A stretch of DNA of 64,000 nt from Squalus acanthias (taxonomy: Eukaryota). Positions 1 through 13,156 of this stretch are shown piece after piece (within the stretch, counting starts at the first letter, position 1; every line of letters starts with the position of its first letter). The stretch covers positions 54,748,001-54,812,000 of the forward strand of contig CM059432.1 of the NCBI GenBank assembly GCA_030390025.1, given 5' to 3'. The notes below the pieces were generated by a model. It was not told the DNA's origin. It searched no databases and worked only from the letters and a program-made list of their open reading frames with translations. The position numbers and the translations under genes were made by a program.

Positions 1-1453
1 TAGGATTCTCAAGTCAGGAAAAGCAATAACTCAGACGTGTCACGATGATAAAACTAAACTAAGTAAAGGGAAATAAACAGTGCAAGGTGATTTGTTATAA
101 GCACAAAGCAGAATAGGGTTAAACTGAAATTTGTTAGCAAATATTAAAGTTTTGGAAATAGGGATTGCATGCATTGATCGGTATTGATTAAATGCATCAG
201 CGGAATGATCGAGCTGTCCACAGAGACAGGGCTGAAAACTATTAAAGGTGTCACCATGATACAGCATCGAGGGTATAAACGGCAAGCAACGTCAACATAG
301 TTTGACTTTAATTCCCAAAGTGTCTGTGAATCCAACATTTTAGAACCTGGGGAAGGAAGACCTAACACTAATGTTAGCAGCTCACAGTTTTCCTGTTGGC
401 AAGACTCGTCTTTTTCTTTAGTGTACCCCAAGTGTTTGCTAGGGTTTCGTGCCTAACTCGTTTTAATATTGTATCAGCCCGTATCTCGGTGTAATCCAGA
501 GGGAAAATAGTGACAAAGTTGTCTCTGTTTTAGGTCATAAAGGTATCATCCAACATCTGATAATGTCCGAAGAACTTTGGTTCAAAGGTGACAACACCTC
601 TACCCTCTGTGTGCCCAGTTGTTTAATGCTGTAAAGTTCCACCTTTGAAACATTTAAAAGAATTGCATTGTATTCCCAAAAAAAGGTGACGCTTTTGGGA
701 CCCATTTAATGGCACTACAACTAGCTCTTTATTTCACTTGTAGATAATAGTGATATAATAAACCAGCTCCTGAATTGCTGTTTTTGGATTACTAAGAACA
801 TTAGCAAGAGCTGTTAACTCAAACCCTGGAACTTTACTTCCGCAGGATTTCTGCAAATTCAAAAGTGTTGAATGTCAATGAAAATAAGAGAGTTACATAA
901 AAACAGCAATACAGACTCCTTCATTCTAAATGCTTCTCACCGAGGGCATTTCAAGTGTTGTTCTCTTCGGCTTTCAAGCTGATTTTTCACACAGAGTACA
1001 TTGCAGGAGAGTTCTCTGAAGATGGTCTCTCATAGCTGTACTATTAGCTTCTCAACCATGGGTAGCCTTTCATTTATTTTAGGACACCAGTAAAACCACT
1101 TTAAAAATAAAACTTTCTTTTAGTGATTTGACCTTACATGAAATCAAAACCTGAAGTGGCCGATGTCATTCGGCTGGCTTCTTTGTATCAACCGAAGTCA
1201 AATCGCTCTAAACAGTTACGCATAGCGGAAAAAAGTAATCACAACATGAAACCAGGCACAAAAAGGTTGTTTGTTCACATTTCTTCAAGTTTTTTAGATC
1301 AACAATGTGATTTTAAGCATGTTAAATTATCGAAACGATAACTGTGTTTGGTATACTCGTTCCATACATGAAATACGACACCCACACAGGGCCATGATAT
1401 GTAATTGTAACCAGCACGTTCGTTTGTTTTTAAAAATCGTGTAAAAAGTCAAG

Positions 1454-1530
1454 CACGTGTTCTTGCACTGCCCTATAAACGAGTATATCTCCGGGCCGGT
1501 CTATAAAATACAACCTTGCACGATTCAGTC
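1454..1530 (+). promoter_or_regulatory. Possible Pol II core promoter
   Basis: CACGTG E-box (1454), TATAAAA (1502) and Inr-like TCAGTC (1525) in non-repetitive, CpG-retaining DNA; no downstream gene identified. Confidence 0.2.
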
Positions 1531-2054
1531 ACAAAATGCACATCTGAGTTCTCATAAATCCTTTTGCACATTTACTGTATACTGTCAGCGTCTTGAGGGG
1601 CAACGGATGATCATTTAGCATTTCCTGTACACATCCCTAAAGCAATTACGATGTGATTAGTTTTAAATTTGCAACAGCATTCCCACCCCCAGGTCCCGTG
1701 TGCCCGAAAATGCAAAGACGGGATCAGAGCTCCCCCGTGTGGCCAAAGAAGAATTCTGTGAATTGCCTCATGTGTTTTCAGCAAGATGCGGTTGCACTGA
1801 CGGTATAGATTAGTCATTCTTACTGAAAGAACAGAGCACAAACCCTCTCCAGTAAGAATCATTTCTAGTTACAGTACAATACACGATTTCATTCTCCGTG
1901 TATTGTTCATCACTTTCAACAGAAGCCCTCTGTGACTTAATTGACTCAATCGTTTTCTGTGCGGTAACTTGAAAGGATATTTGTCTCCGAAGGACGATGG
2001 CGTGCGTTCTTTTTTGTCCAAGTTTTGCTTTTTTGTTTCCAGTAGTAGTTGATT

Positions 2055-4205
2055 TTCTTTATTCTTCATTCCTGCGATGTGGGCGTCCCTGCAAGGCCAG
2101 CATTTACTGCCCATCTTTAATTGCCCTGAACAAGTCGTGGTGAGCCTTCTTCATTGAACTATTGCCCTTCCTGTGGTGAAGGTGCTCCTTCAATACTGTT
2201 AGGCAGGGAGTTCCAGGATTTTGACCCAGCCAGAATGAAGGAACTGCAATATAGTTCCATGCACCTGTCTAGGTGGTGGAAGTCACCAGTTTGGGAGGTG
2301 CTGTGGAAGAACTATTGGCAAGTTGGTGCAGTGCATCTTCTTGTAGCATCTTCTAGATGGTACACACGGCAGCCACAGTACATAAGAACATAAGATGTAG
2401 GAGCAGGAGTAGGTCATTTGGCCCCTCGAGCCTGCTCCGCCATTCAATAAGATCATGGCTAATCTGATCTTGGCCTCAACTCTACTTCCCTGCCCGCTCC
2501 CCATAACCCTTGACTCCCTTACCATTCAAAAATCTGTCTATCTCCACCTTAAATATATTCAATGACCCAGCCTCCACAGCTCTCTGGGGAAGCGAATTCC
2601 AAAGATTCACAACCCTCTGAGAGAAGAAATTCATCCTCATTTCCGTTTTAAATGGGTGCCCCCTTATTCTGAAATTATGCCCCCTGGTTCTAGATTCCGC
2701 CACGAGGGGAAACATCCTCCCTGCATCTACCCTGTCAAGCCCCTTCAGAACCTTATATGTTTCAATAAGATCCCCTCTCATTCTTCTAAACTTCAATGAG
2801 TATAGGCCCAACCTGCTCAACCTTTCTTCATAAGACAACCCCTTCATCTCCGGAATCAACCTCGTGAACCTTCTCTGAACTGCCTCCAATGCAAGTATAT
2901 CCCTCCTTAAATAAGGAGACCAAAACTGTATGCAGTACTCCAGGTGTGGTCTCCCCAACACCCTGTACAGTTGTAACAGGACTTCCCTACATTTATACTC
3001 CATTCCCTTTGCAATAAATGCCAACATTCCATTTGCCTTCCTAATTACTTGCTGTACCTGCATGCTAACTTTTTGTGATTCATGTACAAGGACCCCCAGA
3101 TCCCTCTGTACCTCAGCATTTTGAAATCTCTCCCCATTTAAATAATAATTTCCTTTTTTATTTTTCTTACTAAGGTGGATAACCTCGCATTTTCCCACAT
3201 TATACTCCATCTGCCAGATTTTTGCCCACTCACTTAGCCTATCTATATCCCTTTGGAGATTCTTTGCATCTTCCACACAATTTGCTTTCCCACCTATCTT
3301 TGTATCATCAGTAAATTATGTTACATTACACTCAGTCCCTTCATCCAAGTCATTAATATAGATTGTAAATAGTTGAGGCCCCAGCACTGATCTCTGCGGC
3401 ACCCCACTAGTTACAGTTTGCCAATCTGAAAATGACCCATTTATCCCGACTCTCTGTTTTCTGTTAGTTAGCCAACACCAGTAGGCCGGTGATGGAGGGG
3501 GGTGAATGTTTAGATTCGTGAATGAGGTTCCAATCAAGCAGAGTGCTTTCTCCTGTATGGCGTTGAGCTTCTTGAGTGTTGTTGCAGCTGTACCCATTCA
3601 GGCAAGGGACTTGTGCCTTGAAAGTAGTGAAGAGGCTTTGGGGAGTCAGGAACGGAGCTACTCACCACAGAATACCCAGCCTCTAACCTGTTCTAGTAGC
3701 CAAAACATTTATGTGGCAGGTCCAGCAGAGTTTTTGATCAATGGTGAGCCCCAGGATGCTGATGGTGGAGGACTTGGCAATGGTAATGCCATCAAATGTA
3801 ATGGCGAGGTGGTTCTATGAGTATGTATATGTCAGGCTGTTGTTTGACTAGTCTGTCGGACAGCTCTCCCAACTTTGGCACCAGTCCCCCAATGTTAGTG
3901 AACAGGACTTTGCAGGGTTGAATGGGCTGGGTGTGCCTTTGTTGTGTCCTGATTCGATGCCTAGGTCGTAGCCGAGTGGTCTGGCTGATTTTGTTCTTTG
4001 TATTCTTTGATGTGGTTTCATATATTTGAGTGGCTTGCTAGGCCACTTCAGAGGGCAGTTAAGAGTCAACCATGATGGTGTGTGATTGGCGTCACATATA
4101 GGTCGGACTGGGTAAGGATGGCAGGATTCCTTCCCTGAAGGATATTAGTGAACCAGTTGGGTTTTTTACGACAATCCAACAGTTTCATGGTCACTTTTAC
4201 TGATA
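2055..4205 (-). mobile_element. Decayed, internally deleted copy of the tRNA-headed LINE family (family B), split by a CR1 insertion at 2381-3478
   Basis: Reverse complement matches the 3' tail (GGGCAGTAAATGCTGGCCTTGC), the RT C-terminal region and the 5' core (CTGGTTCACTAAT..CCTT.AGGGAAGGAA) of the copy at 30206-33291. Confidence 0.8.
2381..3478 (-). mobile_element. 5'-truncated CR1 LINE (RT C-terminal part, 3' UTR, short-repeat tail)
   Basis: ORF 2482..3276 has CR1 motifs (RPHLEYCIQFWSP, RRMRGDLIETYK, FFSQRVVNLWNSLP) with [10 protein letters not shown] upstream; flanked by direct repeat CAGTA (2376-2380 / 3479-3483). Confidence 0.92.
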
Positions 4206-4464
4206 CCAGGAGCGTGAAATTGGTCTTGAGTGGTAGCACAAAACGGGTGATAACGAATCGGCAGCCCATTTTATACCTGCAGTGTAGGAGTTTAAGAATC
4301 TGTGGGCACTGGGCCCTGCAGCAGCACCCTCAGATATGCTTCATGCAGCATTCTTATTAGTCCTTGCACCTTGCTGTTACATAGGTAAGCTGTTCTTTTA
4401 AGCTATAGAATTCAGTTAACCAATAAAGTAAGAGCACTGGAAGCCACGCTGATATTTTATTTTA

Positions 4465-5440
4465 TTTCTTCACAGGATGTGGATGATTCCAGCAAAGCCA
4501 CATTTCATTTCCCTTCCCTAGATGTCCTAAGAGTGGTGGGCCTTCTCTTTGCACCACTGAAGTCCTTGTATTGATGGTGCCCCCATGATGGTGTTAGGCA
4601 GGGAATTCCAGCATCTTGACCAATTGTCAGTGAAGGAATGATGATATATGTCCAAGTTGTGGTTTGTGACTTGGAAGGGAACTTTAGAGGTGATGGTGTT
4701 CCTGTTTTATTGCTGCTGTTGGCGTTGTTGGTGGTAGAAGTAACGGCGCTGGGAAGTAAGCTTGGTGAGTTATTACAGTGCATCGTGTAGATAGTACATA
4801 CTGCAGCCGCATTATGCCGCTGGTGGAAGGTGTGGATATTGAGTCCAGTGGCAGGAGTGCCAATTGAGTGTTTTTTTGGATGGTGTTGAGTTTCATAACT
4901 GTTGTTGCAGCTTCATTCATTCAGCTGAGTGGTGAGTATTCCATCGCACTCCTGATTTGATCCTTATAGCTGCTGAAGACTATCTGAGGGGTCATGAAGT
5001 GAGACACTCATCACAGAGTGCTCTTGTAGCTACGGTGTTGATATAGCTGGTACAGTTAAGCTCCTAGTCAATGGTGACTCTCAGAATGTAGATGGTGTGG
5101 GATTCTGCAATGGTTATAGCATTAAAGGTCAGGGGAGCTTTCTTTTGTTCAAGGTGGTCATTACCTGGCATTTATATGGCACAAATCTACTTGTCACTTG
5201 TCAGCCCAAGCCTGGATGCTGTTGATGGATAGAAAATCACAGATGAAGCAGCTGCAGATAGTTAAGCCAAGGACACTATCCTGAGGCTGCAATGATTGCC
5301 CTCCGACAAACATGAATATCTTCCTGTGTGCCAGCTATGATTCCAGCCATTGGGGAGTTTTTCTCTTGACCCCCACTGACCTCAGCTTTGCTGGAGTTCG
5401 GAACCATACTTGGCCAAATGCCACCTTGCTGTCAAAGCAG
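4465..5440 (-). mobile_element. Old, decayed 3' portion of a family-B LINE
   Basis: Degenerate similarity to 32400-33290 on the opposite strand. Confidence 0.65.
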
Positions 5441-6060
5441 TATGTCCGTATGCCTACAAGGGGAGAGGGATTGTTAGATTTTGTTATTGCTAGTTCTAAT
5501 TGTGAGTAACAAAATAGATCAGGTAGATGAGTTAAAAGTGGTTGAGCACTTAAGAAGCAGTGACCATAATGTGGTGAAATCTAAGGTCCAAATAGAAAGG
5601 GAAAAGGTTAGTCCAAATATAAGGGCATCAGATTGGAATAGGGCAGATTTTAGAAAGAGCTAGCTGAGGTGAGCTGGAAAGAAAAATTGATACACAGAAC
5701 TCTAGATAACCAATGGGATATTTAAAAAAAGGAGATAGCAGAGTGAACGTACACCATTAAAAAAGGAGACTATTTCAAGTTTCAGAGTGCCATGGAAAAA
5801 TTAAAGAAAAATAAAATTGAAGAGGGCATATGATTAAAATAGGACAAAATATGAGAAAATAAGGAAAGCGGTTAAAAAACGGATAAGGAAAGCAAGGAGG
5901 CAGTATGACGAGAAAATCTCAAAAAATATTAAAACGAGCAGTAAAGCATTCTGCACAGACACGATAGTTCGATCTGTGCCATAAATTTCTATGATTCTAT
6001 GATTCAAATAAATCAGTAAAAAGAGAATTGCAAAATGTGAATTAGGATTCCTGAGAGAAG

Positions 6061-7133
6061 AGAAAAAAAAGACTTGCATTTATATAGTGCCTTCCATGAC
6101 CTCAGGATGCCCCAAAGCACTTTACAGTCAACTAAGTACATTTGAAGTGCAGTCACAGCTGTAATGTAGGAAGCACAGCCATCAATTTGTGATAATGACC
6201 AGATAATCTGTTTAAGTGATGTTGGTTGAGGGTTAAATATTGGCCAGGACGCCGGGGATAACTCCCCTGCTCTTCTTCAAAATAGTGCCATGGGATCTTT
6301 TACCTGAGAGGGCAGATGGGGCCTTGGTTAACCATCTCATCCAAAAGACATCGGCCCAAAAATTAGTGCCTCTACGCGAGAGTACGCACTGTGTACTCTC
6401 GCGTATTCTGTCTCCAATTGCCGGTTTTCTGCATGCACTGCGCATGCGCTGAAAACCGGCACTTGGTGAATTCAAAAGGGGGCGGTTCCTAGGTGAACCG
6501 CGTGCACGCTACAGGCTGCGCGCACGCAGTGCACTTAGTGCTTTGAACGTGCAGGTAAGCATGGAACATTTTAGACATAAAGAAAGGAGGCGTAAGACCC
6601 TCTTTTAACAAGGTAAGTAGTTAATTAAGTATTATTTTGAATTTTTTTTAACAGGTATATCTTTTTTAGAGACTTTAAAGACAGGTAAGTTTATTTTTAT
6701 AACTTTTTAAAAGATTTTAAATTTTTTCAAAAATTTAATTTTTTGTTTAAAATGGTTAATTTATTTAACTATACTTATTTTATGAATGTGATGGTTTTTT
6801 TTTTTAATTTAATTGAGGATTAGCTGTTCTTTTGTGGGGGTATAGATTCATAGCTTTCACAGCACTTATGTGAAAGCTATGAATGAAAGATGGTGTGCTG
6901 CCATTGGCTCTAACTGAGTCACGTGATCCCACAGCTCACACGAATTAACTACGCCTGTGGGATACGGAAGCCCTGCACAGCTGCTGTCCAGAACATCAAG
7001 TTCGTGCGAGCTCGGACTGAAAAAGCCAGCGCGCAGTGAGAGATCGCGGGGAGGCCTTACCCTCGCACGAAGGCTCCCTCACGAATTTTTGGGCCATTAC
7101 ATCCGACTGTGCAGCACTCCCTCAGTATTGCAA
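6061..7133 (-). mobile_element. SacSINE1/Deu-type SINE, partial, split by a MITE
   Basis: Reverse complement of the central and 3' parts of the SINE at 24984-25454. Confidence 0.8.
6353..7095. mobile_element. Harbinger-type MITE (743 bp)
   Basis: TIRs GGCCCAAAAATTAGTG / CACGAATTTTTGGGCC (15/16); near-TSD ATC/ATT; host SINE resumes after it. Confidence 0.85.
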
Positions 7134-8003
7134 GTTAGTAGAGGATAAATGGAAATTGGCTGGGATACTTAACAACTACTTCACATCAATGTTTACAAAA
7201 GAGAAGGATATTGGGGAGGCGATCAATCCTGAATTGGTTTAAAGCAAGATTAAATATTATAATAAATAAAAGGACAGGATTAGAGAAGTTAGTTCAGCTA
7301 AAGAAGGACCTGAACCTGACAGGACACATCCAAGGAGCCCGAAGGAAATGGAGGAAGAAATAATGGAGGCCATAGAAATTATATTTCAGGTTTCTATAGA
7401 GAATCAACATCTGCTTTCTAACTGTTGTTGGAGCTGCACCAAATATGGGCAGGCACATTCAAAGTAAGTGGTTAAGACAGGATTGCAAGTTATATTTCCA
7501 GTTATTGCTGCCATAGTAATGGACACAAGTAATGCCAGCATGTTACTGGCATCCAGCATTGCTGAAGGCCAGTGGAAGGTCCTTTAGGATTTTAATATTC
7601 GCCCTAAAGAGAGGATTGATTCATTCCTTCCCCATAAGAATTTTACATTTTGCTCATGGAAATTTAAGCTCCCTTTTGCTGAGCTGCAGGCACCCCCTCC
7701 TCCGCTACTGAAGGCACCTGAACCATCCCCCCCTTCCCAAGGATAGCTCCCTGGCACAGGTAGGGATCCTGCCAGGAGTCCACCAAAAATATTTTAAGTA
7801 GGCTGATCCTTAGACATTTGCTGGGGTCGGAACATACAACAATTGGGTGGGTGCAAAGCCCACTCTGCCAAAGCTGGAGGAAATTCTAGGTTAAGTTGAT
7901 GCACACTGGAAAAGTTTACAGTTATCAAATGATTTGGGTGTGATTATTGATCACTCAAAGTTTCTCATCAGTTTTGGACAGCCCCTTCAGGAAGGTATTG
8001 ATG

Positions 8004-8430
8004 TAGAAACATAGAAACATAGAATCTAGGAGCAGGAGTAGGCCAGTCGAGCCTGCTCCGCCATTCAATACGATCATGGCTGATCATCCAAATCCAGTAC
8101 CCTGTCCCTGCTTTAATCCCCACAGTACACATATCCCACCCTACCCCCCGTAACCCCACGTATTTAATTCCCCCTAACATATCCCATCCTATCCCCATAA
8201 CCCCACATATTTAATCCCCCCTAACACTAAGGGTCAATTTATCATAGCCAAATCAACCTAACCCGCACATTTTTGGACTGTGGGAGGAAACCGGAGCACC
8301 CGGAGGAAACCCACGCAGACACGGGGAGAATGTGCAAACTCCACACAGACAGTCACCCGAGGTCAGATTCGAACCCGGGTCTCTGGCGCTGTGAGGCACC
8401 AGTGCTAACCACTATGCCACCGTGTTGCCC
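8004..8430 (-). mobile_element. HE1-like tRNA-derived V-SINE with CR1-derived 3' tail
   Basis: Minus strand has A box TGGCATAGTGG, B box GGTTCGAATC and V-core GTGGGTTTCCTCCGGGTGCTCCGGTTTCCTCCCAC; tail matches CR1 3' ends at 14746 and 46115. Confidence 0.9.
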
Positions 8431-9005
8431 AGTATCAGTAATGGTTTAGAGAAGAGTGACAAGGACACTCCAGGACTTCAGATGCTAAGTTGTGAATATA
8501 AATTTAGAGAACTGAGCTTGTCTTTCTTTATTGGAGAAAACGAGATTGAAAATAATTAAGAGACAGGACTTTAAAAGGATGAGAGACGCGGATAATGTGG
8601 CCATAGGCAGTTACTTAACTTGCACTATAATTGTGAAACTGGAAAACTAAGTACAAAATTAGCAAGCCTGAGGTGAGATTGGAGATTAGACTAATTATTC
8701 CTATAAAGCAGTGGATATTGGAGTGAACTGTTAGCAAAAGTAGTTCATTCTGGATTGATTAATTTCCTTAAAAGAGGCATCATCTATTTAAGAAAGCGAT
8801 TGAAGAACAGACAGAAATGATCAAATATTGCATGGAGCACAATGGCCCACACAATGCTGGGTCCATGAGTGAAACTGGTCAGAGCTGTAAGTATGGATCA
8901 TAAAGTTGGATTGATAATCTGCAATTTTATCTGCTTATCTTTGGACATTAGGGAGAAAGTCTTATTTTCTTGAAGGATTATTTGCATTTGGGCTCTGTGA
9001 CCTGT

Positions 9006-9604
9006 GGGCGCAATTTTCATCCTACTCACCCAGCAGAGCCTAGACGGATGGGCAGTTAAAATGGCCCAGGTTGCTTACCCACCGGAAAGCTGCCTGGATC
9101 CCGCTGATTGTGATTTTCACCGAGGCTTATGGATGGACGGCTAGGCCGCCCGCTCAAAGCCTGCAGGGTCCTTCTTTAAATATGCAGATGATGTCATCGA
9201 GCCCCGACTGAAATTTTAACTCTGGCCTCGACTTTCCCACCAGGTGAAGGCCAGTCAGGACCTGCCAGGCAGAAGAAGAGGCCACAAAAGGTAAGTGTTA
9301 CACTTTCCTTTATGGGGCTAGGAGGAACAGGAGTGCTCCTTCGGGCCCCACAAGGAATGTTTAGGTTCTCCCTGCCCTGGAAACCCCCACCCTTCCCTAC
9401 CACGAGACCCACTTCCCCAAGCTTACCTGAGTTCCAGTGGGCAGGTAAGGACCGCCTGGTCAGCATCCACTTCTCGCCCACTATCTGCCCGTCCCACGTG
9501 AGAAGTGAACCCAGGGCATGTTAATGAGGCCCAGGAGTTAAAATAGCCCAGATCTATTTTCTTCTACTCCACCACTCACCTGATCGGAGTTAAAATCGGG
9601 GCCC
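9006..9604. mobile_element. Harbinger-type MITE
   Basis: Imperfect TIRs GGGCGCAATTTT / AAAATCGGGGCCC; near-TSD TGT/TGG; GC-rich subterminal regions. Confidence 0.6.
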
Positions 9605-11062
9605 TGGATTTGTTCTGGGCAGTTATTACCCGGTTTCAGAACTGGCAACTGGGAGTTACTGCTGAAGGGACAGTGCAAACAGAAATAAATCAGTGGAAAT
9701 ATTGATTCAAATACTATCTTCTAAGCAGATTTCTGATTTTATTTTACACCCCAATTTTTGATTCCACTTTTCTGGCCTTTGGAAGGGTAGTGAAATAAAT
9801 GTGGAATTAATGTTGCAAATCACCCTACATTTATAATCCAGATAGAATTTCAGCTCTATACCATAAAACTACCTGCAGAGATATGACTGCCAGTTTTCCA
9901 CCTACAAAAGCCTAATCAGGTGGACACATCAATATATGTAGCTTGTACTGTTAAATGAGTGCAACATGGAAAAAATGAGCACAAACAGATTTACATCATC
10001 CATCCAGATCAGATCAGAACTATGTATTCTTGTTAGAGTAATGGTTAGAAAAAGAAGTTCCACTTTTAAAAAAAAAAATTGCAATTGCTGGTGGTAATAA
10101 GGAATCTGTTGGCCTAAAATGACCTCTGATCAGACTATAGGGTAAATTTTGTGAGGGCCTGAAGGAGTCATGGGTTACAAAATCAGGTGCCCAAACTCAA
10201 GCACCCCATTCATGGACTGCCCAATTTCGCAACCTGATTAAAGTATTCAACGGATCATCCTCCGCCATTTCCGCCACCTCCAGCGTGATCCCACCACCAA
10301 ACATATCTTCCCCTCCCCTCCCCTTTCAACATTCCAAAGGGACTGTTCCCTCTGCAACACCCTGGTCCACTCCTCAATCACCCCAGCACCCCCTCCCATT
10401 CCCACGGCACTTTCCTGTGCAAGTGCAGGAGATGCAACACCTGCCATTTACCTCCTCCCTTCCCACTGTCCAGGGCCCCAAACACTCCTTCCAGGTGAAA
10501 CAGCGATTTACTTGTGCTTCTTTTAATTTAGTATACTGTATTCGCTGCTCACGATGTGGTCTCCTCTACATTGGGAAGACCAAATGCAGATTGCGTGACC
10601 ATTTTGCAGAACACCTCCGTTCAGTCCGCAAGGGTGGCCCTGAGCTTCTAGTCGCTTGTCACTTTAATTCTCTACTCCACTCCCACTCTGACCTTTCTGT
10701 CCTCGGCCTCCTACAATGTTCCAATGAAGCTCAATGTAAGCCCGAGGAACAGCACCTCATCTTTACAGCCTTCTGGACTCAAATTGAGTTCAACAATTTC
10801 AGATCATAACCTCTGCCCCCATTTTTTCGGACAGCAGCTGTTGATGATTCTGCTATTCCCATTTACGCCTCTTCTAGGCTCATCTTTTGTTTCTTTACTT
10901 GTCCCATTACCATCTCCTTTTGCCTTGCACCATCACCCCTCTTGCCATTCAATCTCTCCTGCCTTCCTCCCTATCACAGACCTTCCCCTTTATTCTTTCC
11001 TCCCCTACCCTCTTTCCCTGCCCCACACTTGCTTAAAACCTGTTATATCTCTAACTTTTTCC

Positions 11063-11095
11063 AGTTCTGATGAAAGGTCATCAACATGAAACATT
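11063..11095 (+). ncRNA. Degenerate minimal hammerhead-ribozyme core of the Penelope-like element (3' arm of stem I displaced to 19010-19013)
   Basis: AGTT-CTGATGA-[stem II region]-GAAA-CATT, then AACT after the insertion; minimal hammerheads are an established feature of Penelope-like elements. Confidence 0.6.
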
Positions 11096-11643
11096 GGCCG
11101 GAATATTCACATGGCAGAGCATGTGGGTTTGGGAGCGGGTCGGCAGTTAAAAGCGCTGAAATATGACAGCACGCTGGGAACCCGCCTTCATCCACCAACC
11201 TCCACATTTTACTCGGCACGTTTCGAAGCGTGCCACGGACCCACTCGGGAGAGGCAGGCAACCTTATTGATGTACTTAACCGTCCCTTGAGAGACTCTTA
11301 AGAACCTTTTTAAAGTGAGGTTTCATCTTTAACTGCTTGTGCATGGGATTCATGGATTTTGAGAACCTCGCCTGTGAAGGGAAGGCGGAAGCTCAGTGGC
11401 CATTGTGCTAGTTCATTAAGTGACAGCTGGAAAAAGCACATAAATACACACATCTTACACCTGCTTCCTTGCCTAAGGGAAAGGCTCTTGCTGACACCAT
11501 TTTGTACAGAGGTTTTGCTTTCAGGAGTTTGCAGGTAATTTCTGCAATTTCGGAAGCCACTCTCACCACATTGCAAGTCACTCTCACTACATTGGAGGAT
11601 TGTGCCTCTGATCTCCACTTTATCTAGCATCTATCAGATCAGC

Positions 11644-12861
11644 ATGGGTGTCGCTTATGCTGTTTCAACTTGAACCTCAGATTTGGACCAAGATGAGCCC
11701 CAGCACCAACCACACCAGCAGCAGCAGCAACAACACCAGCAGCCTTCTCCTCACTGACCTGATGCTCCACAGGAGAGAGGGGATCAGCACAGGGGTGCAC
11801 TGCGCCGGAGGCGATACCCCCAACACACGGTATACAGGCAGAGGATGAGCTTCCTGGACATGACTAAGCAGCAGTGCTTCAGGAGGCTCAGGCTATCGCG
11901 CCAGGTCGTGGCAGACATTTGTAGCTTGCTAGAAGAAGACCTGCTGCCCAGAGGACCTGGTGGACACACCTTACCAGTGGCTGTCAAAGTCACCACCACC
12001 CTCAACTTCTTCGCCTCAGGTTCCTTCCAGGGATCTGCAGCAGACATTTGCAGGATCTCGCAGTCGGCCGCCCACAAATGCATCACCCAGGTGACCAATG
12101 CCATGTTTCATAAGTCAGCCACTTATGTACACTTTGCCGCTGATGAAGCCAGTATGACAGAATGGGTGCTCGGCTTTGTGGCTCTGGCTGGCTTCCCACA
12201 GGTGCAGGGTGTCATCAACTGCACACATGTGCCCATCAAGGCACCCCCACATCACCCAAGAGTGTTTGTGGACTGAAAGGGCTTCCACTCCCTCAATGTG
12301 CAGCTCGTCTGCAATCACAAAAAGATCATCATGCATTTGTGTGCCAGATTCCCAGGGAGCTGTCATGACTCGTTCATCCTGCGCCAGTCCACCCTCGCTC
12401 TGCTCTTCGCACCTCCAAACAGACTTACCGACTGGCTGCTTAGAGACAAGGGCTATCCACTGAAGACATGGCTGATGACACCCTTGAGGAGGCCAAGCAA
12501 TGAGGCTGCGGAGCACTATAATCAAAGCCACATCATGACCAGATGTGTCATAGAGCAAGCAATCGGCATGCTGAAGATGTGTTTCAGATGCCTTGAAAGA
12601 TCTGGAGGAGTCCTTCAGTACACACCAGCCAGGGTCTCCAGAATCATTGTCGTATGCTGTGCGCTGCACAACATAGTGCAGCAGTGAAAAATGGAGCTGC
12701 AGGAAGAGCAAGGCGCAGAGGGCACAGCCTCTTCAGAGGAGGAGGAGGAGGAACAGGTGAAACATGAGGAGGAGGAACCTGAAGTGGAGATGGCACCAGC
12801 AGCGGCGCACATTGCTGCCTGGGAGGCCCGGGATGGCCTCATAATGGCCCGATTTAGTTAA
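11644..12861 (+). pseudogene. Harbinger DDE transposase pseudogene (HARBI1-like family); one frame, four internal TGA stops
   Basis: Motifs [62 protein letters not shown]; Gln-rich N-terminus and acidic C-terminus. Confidence 0.92.
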
Positions 12862-13156
12862 GTTGCACCAGTGCACCCATGTGGCTTCCAGATACTGTAC
12901 CAACTTCCCCCCCACCCCAACCCCACCAACACCAGAAAGCAGTCCTAAAATGACCAAACCATCCCACATACACCCATTGCTTGAGGTTAAGTAATGTTTC
13001 ACCATTCACTCCAAGTGACAAGGCCACTTCCCAGGTAGCAGGTAAAAATGGACAAGATGGGAAAGTGGTGCAAACATAATTTTACGTGCATCATAAATAG
13101 AACTGAAACTTAACACTAACATCTTGGCAAACATCCATGTGCATACCCTTGTGCAT

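Larger units (their letters stand above)
5440..8860 (+). mobile_element. Highly decayed CR1 ORF2 fragments interrupted by SINEs and MITEs
   Basis: Remnant motifs EHLRSSDHNVV, DWNRADF and LNNYFTSMFTKE in several frames. Confidence 0.6.

Noticed and set aside
40..1341. Short ORFs at the window start as host exons
   Set aside because: No recognisable domain or supported splice structure
8340..8430. tRNA genes (also 24990-25055 and 30206-30295)
   Set aside because: No complete acceptor stem seen; each continues into SINE or LINE body sequence
11845..12687. Domesticated HARBI1 gene
   Set aside because: Internal stops, altered catalytic Asp, and flanking TIRs/TSD show a transposon copy
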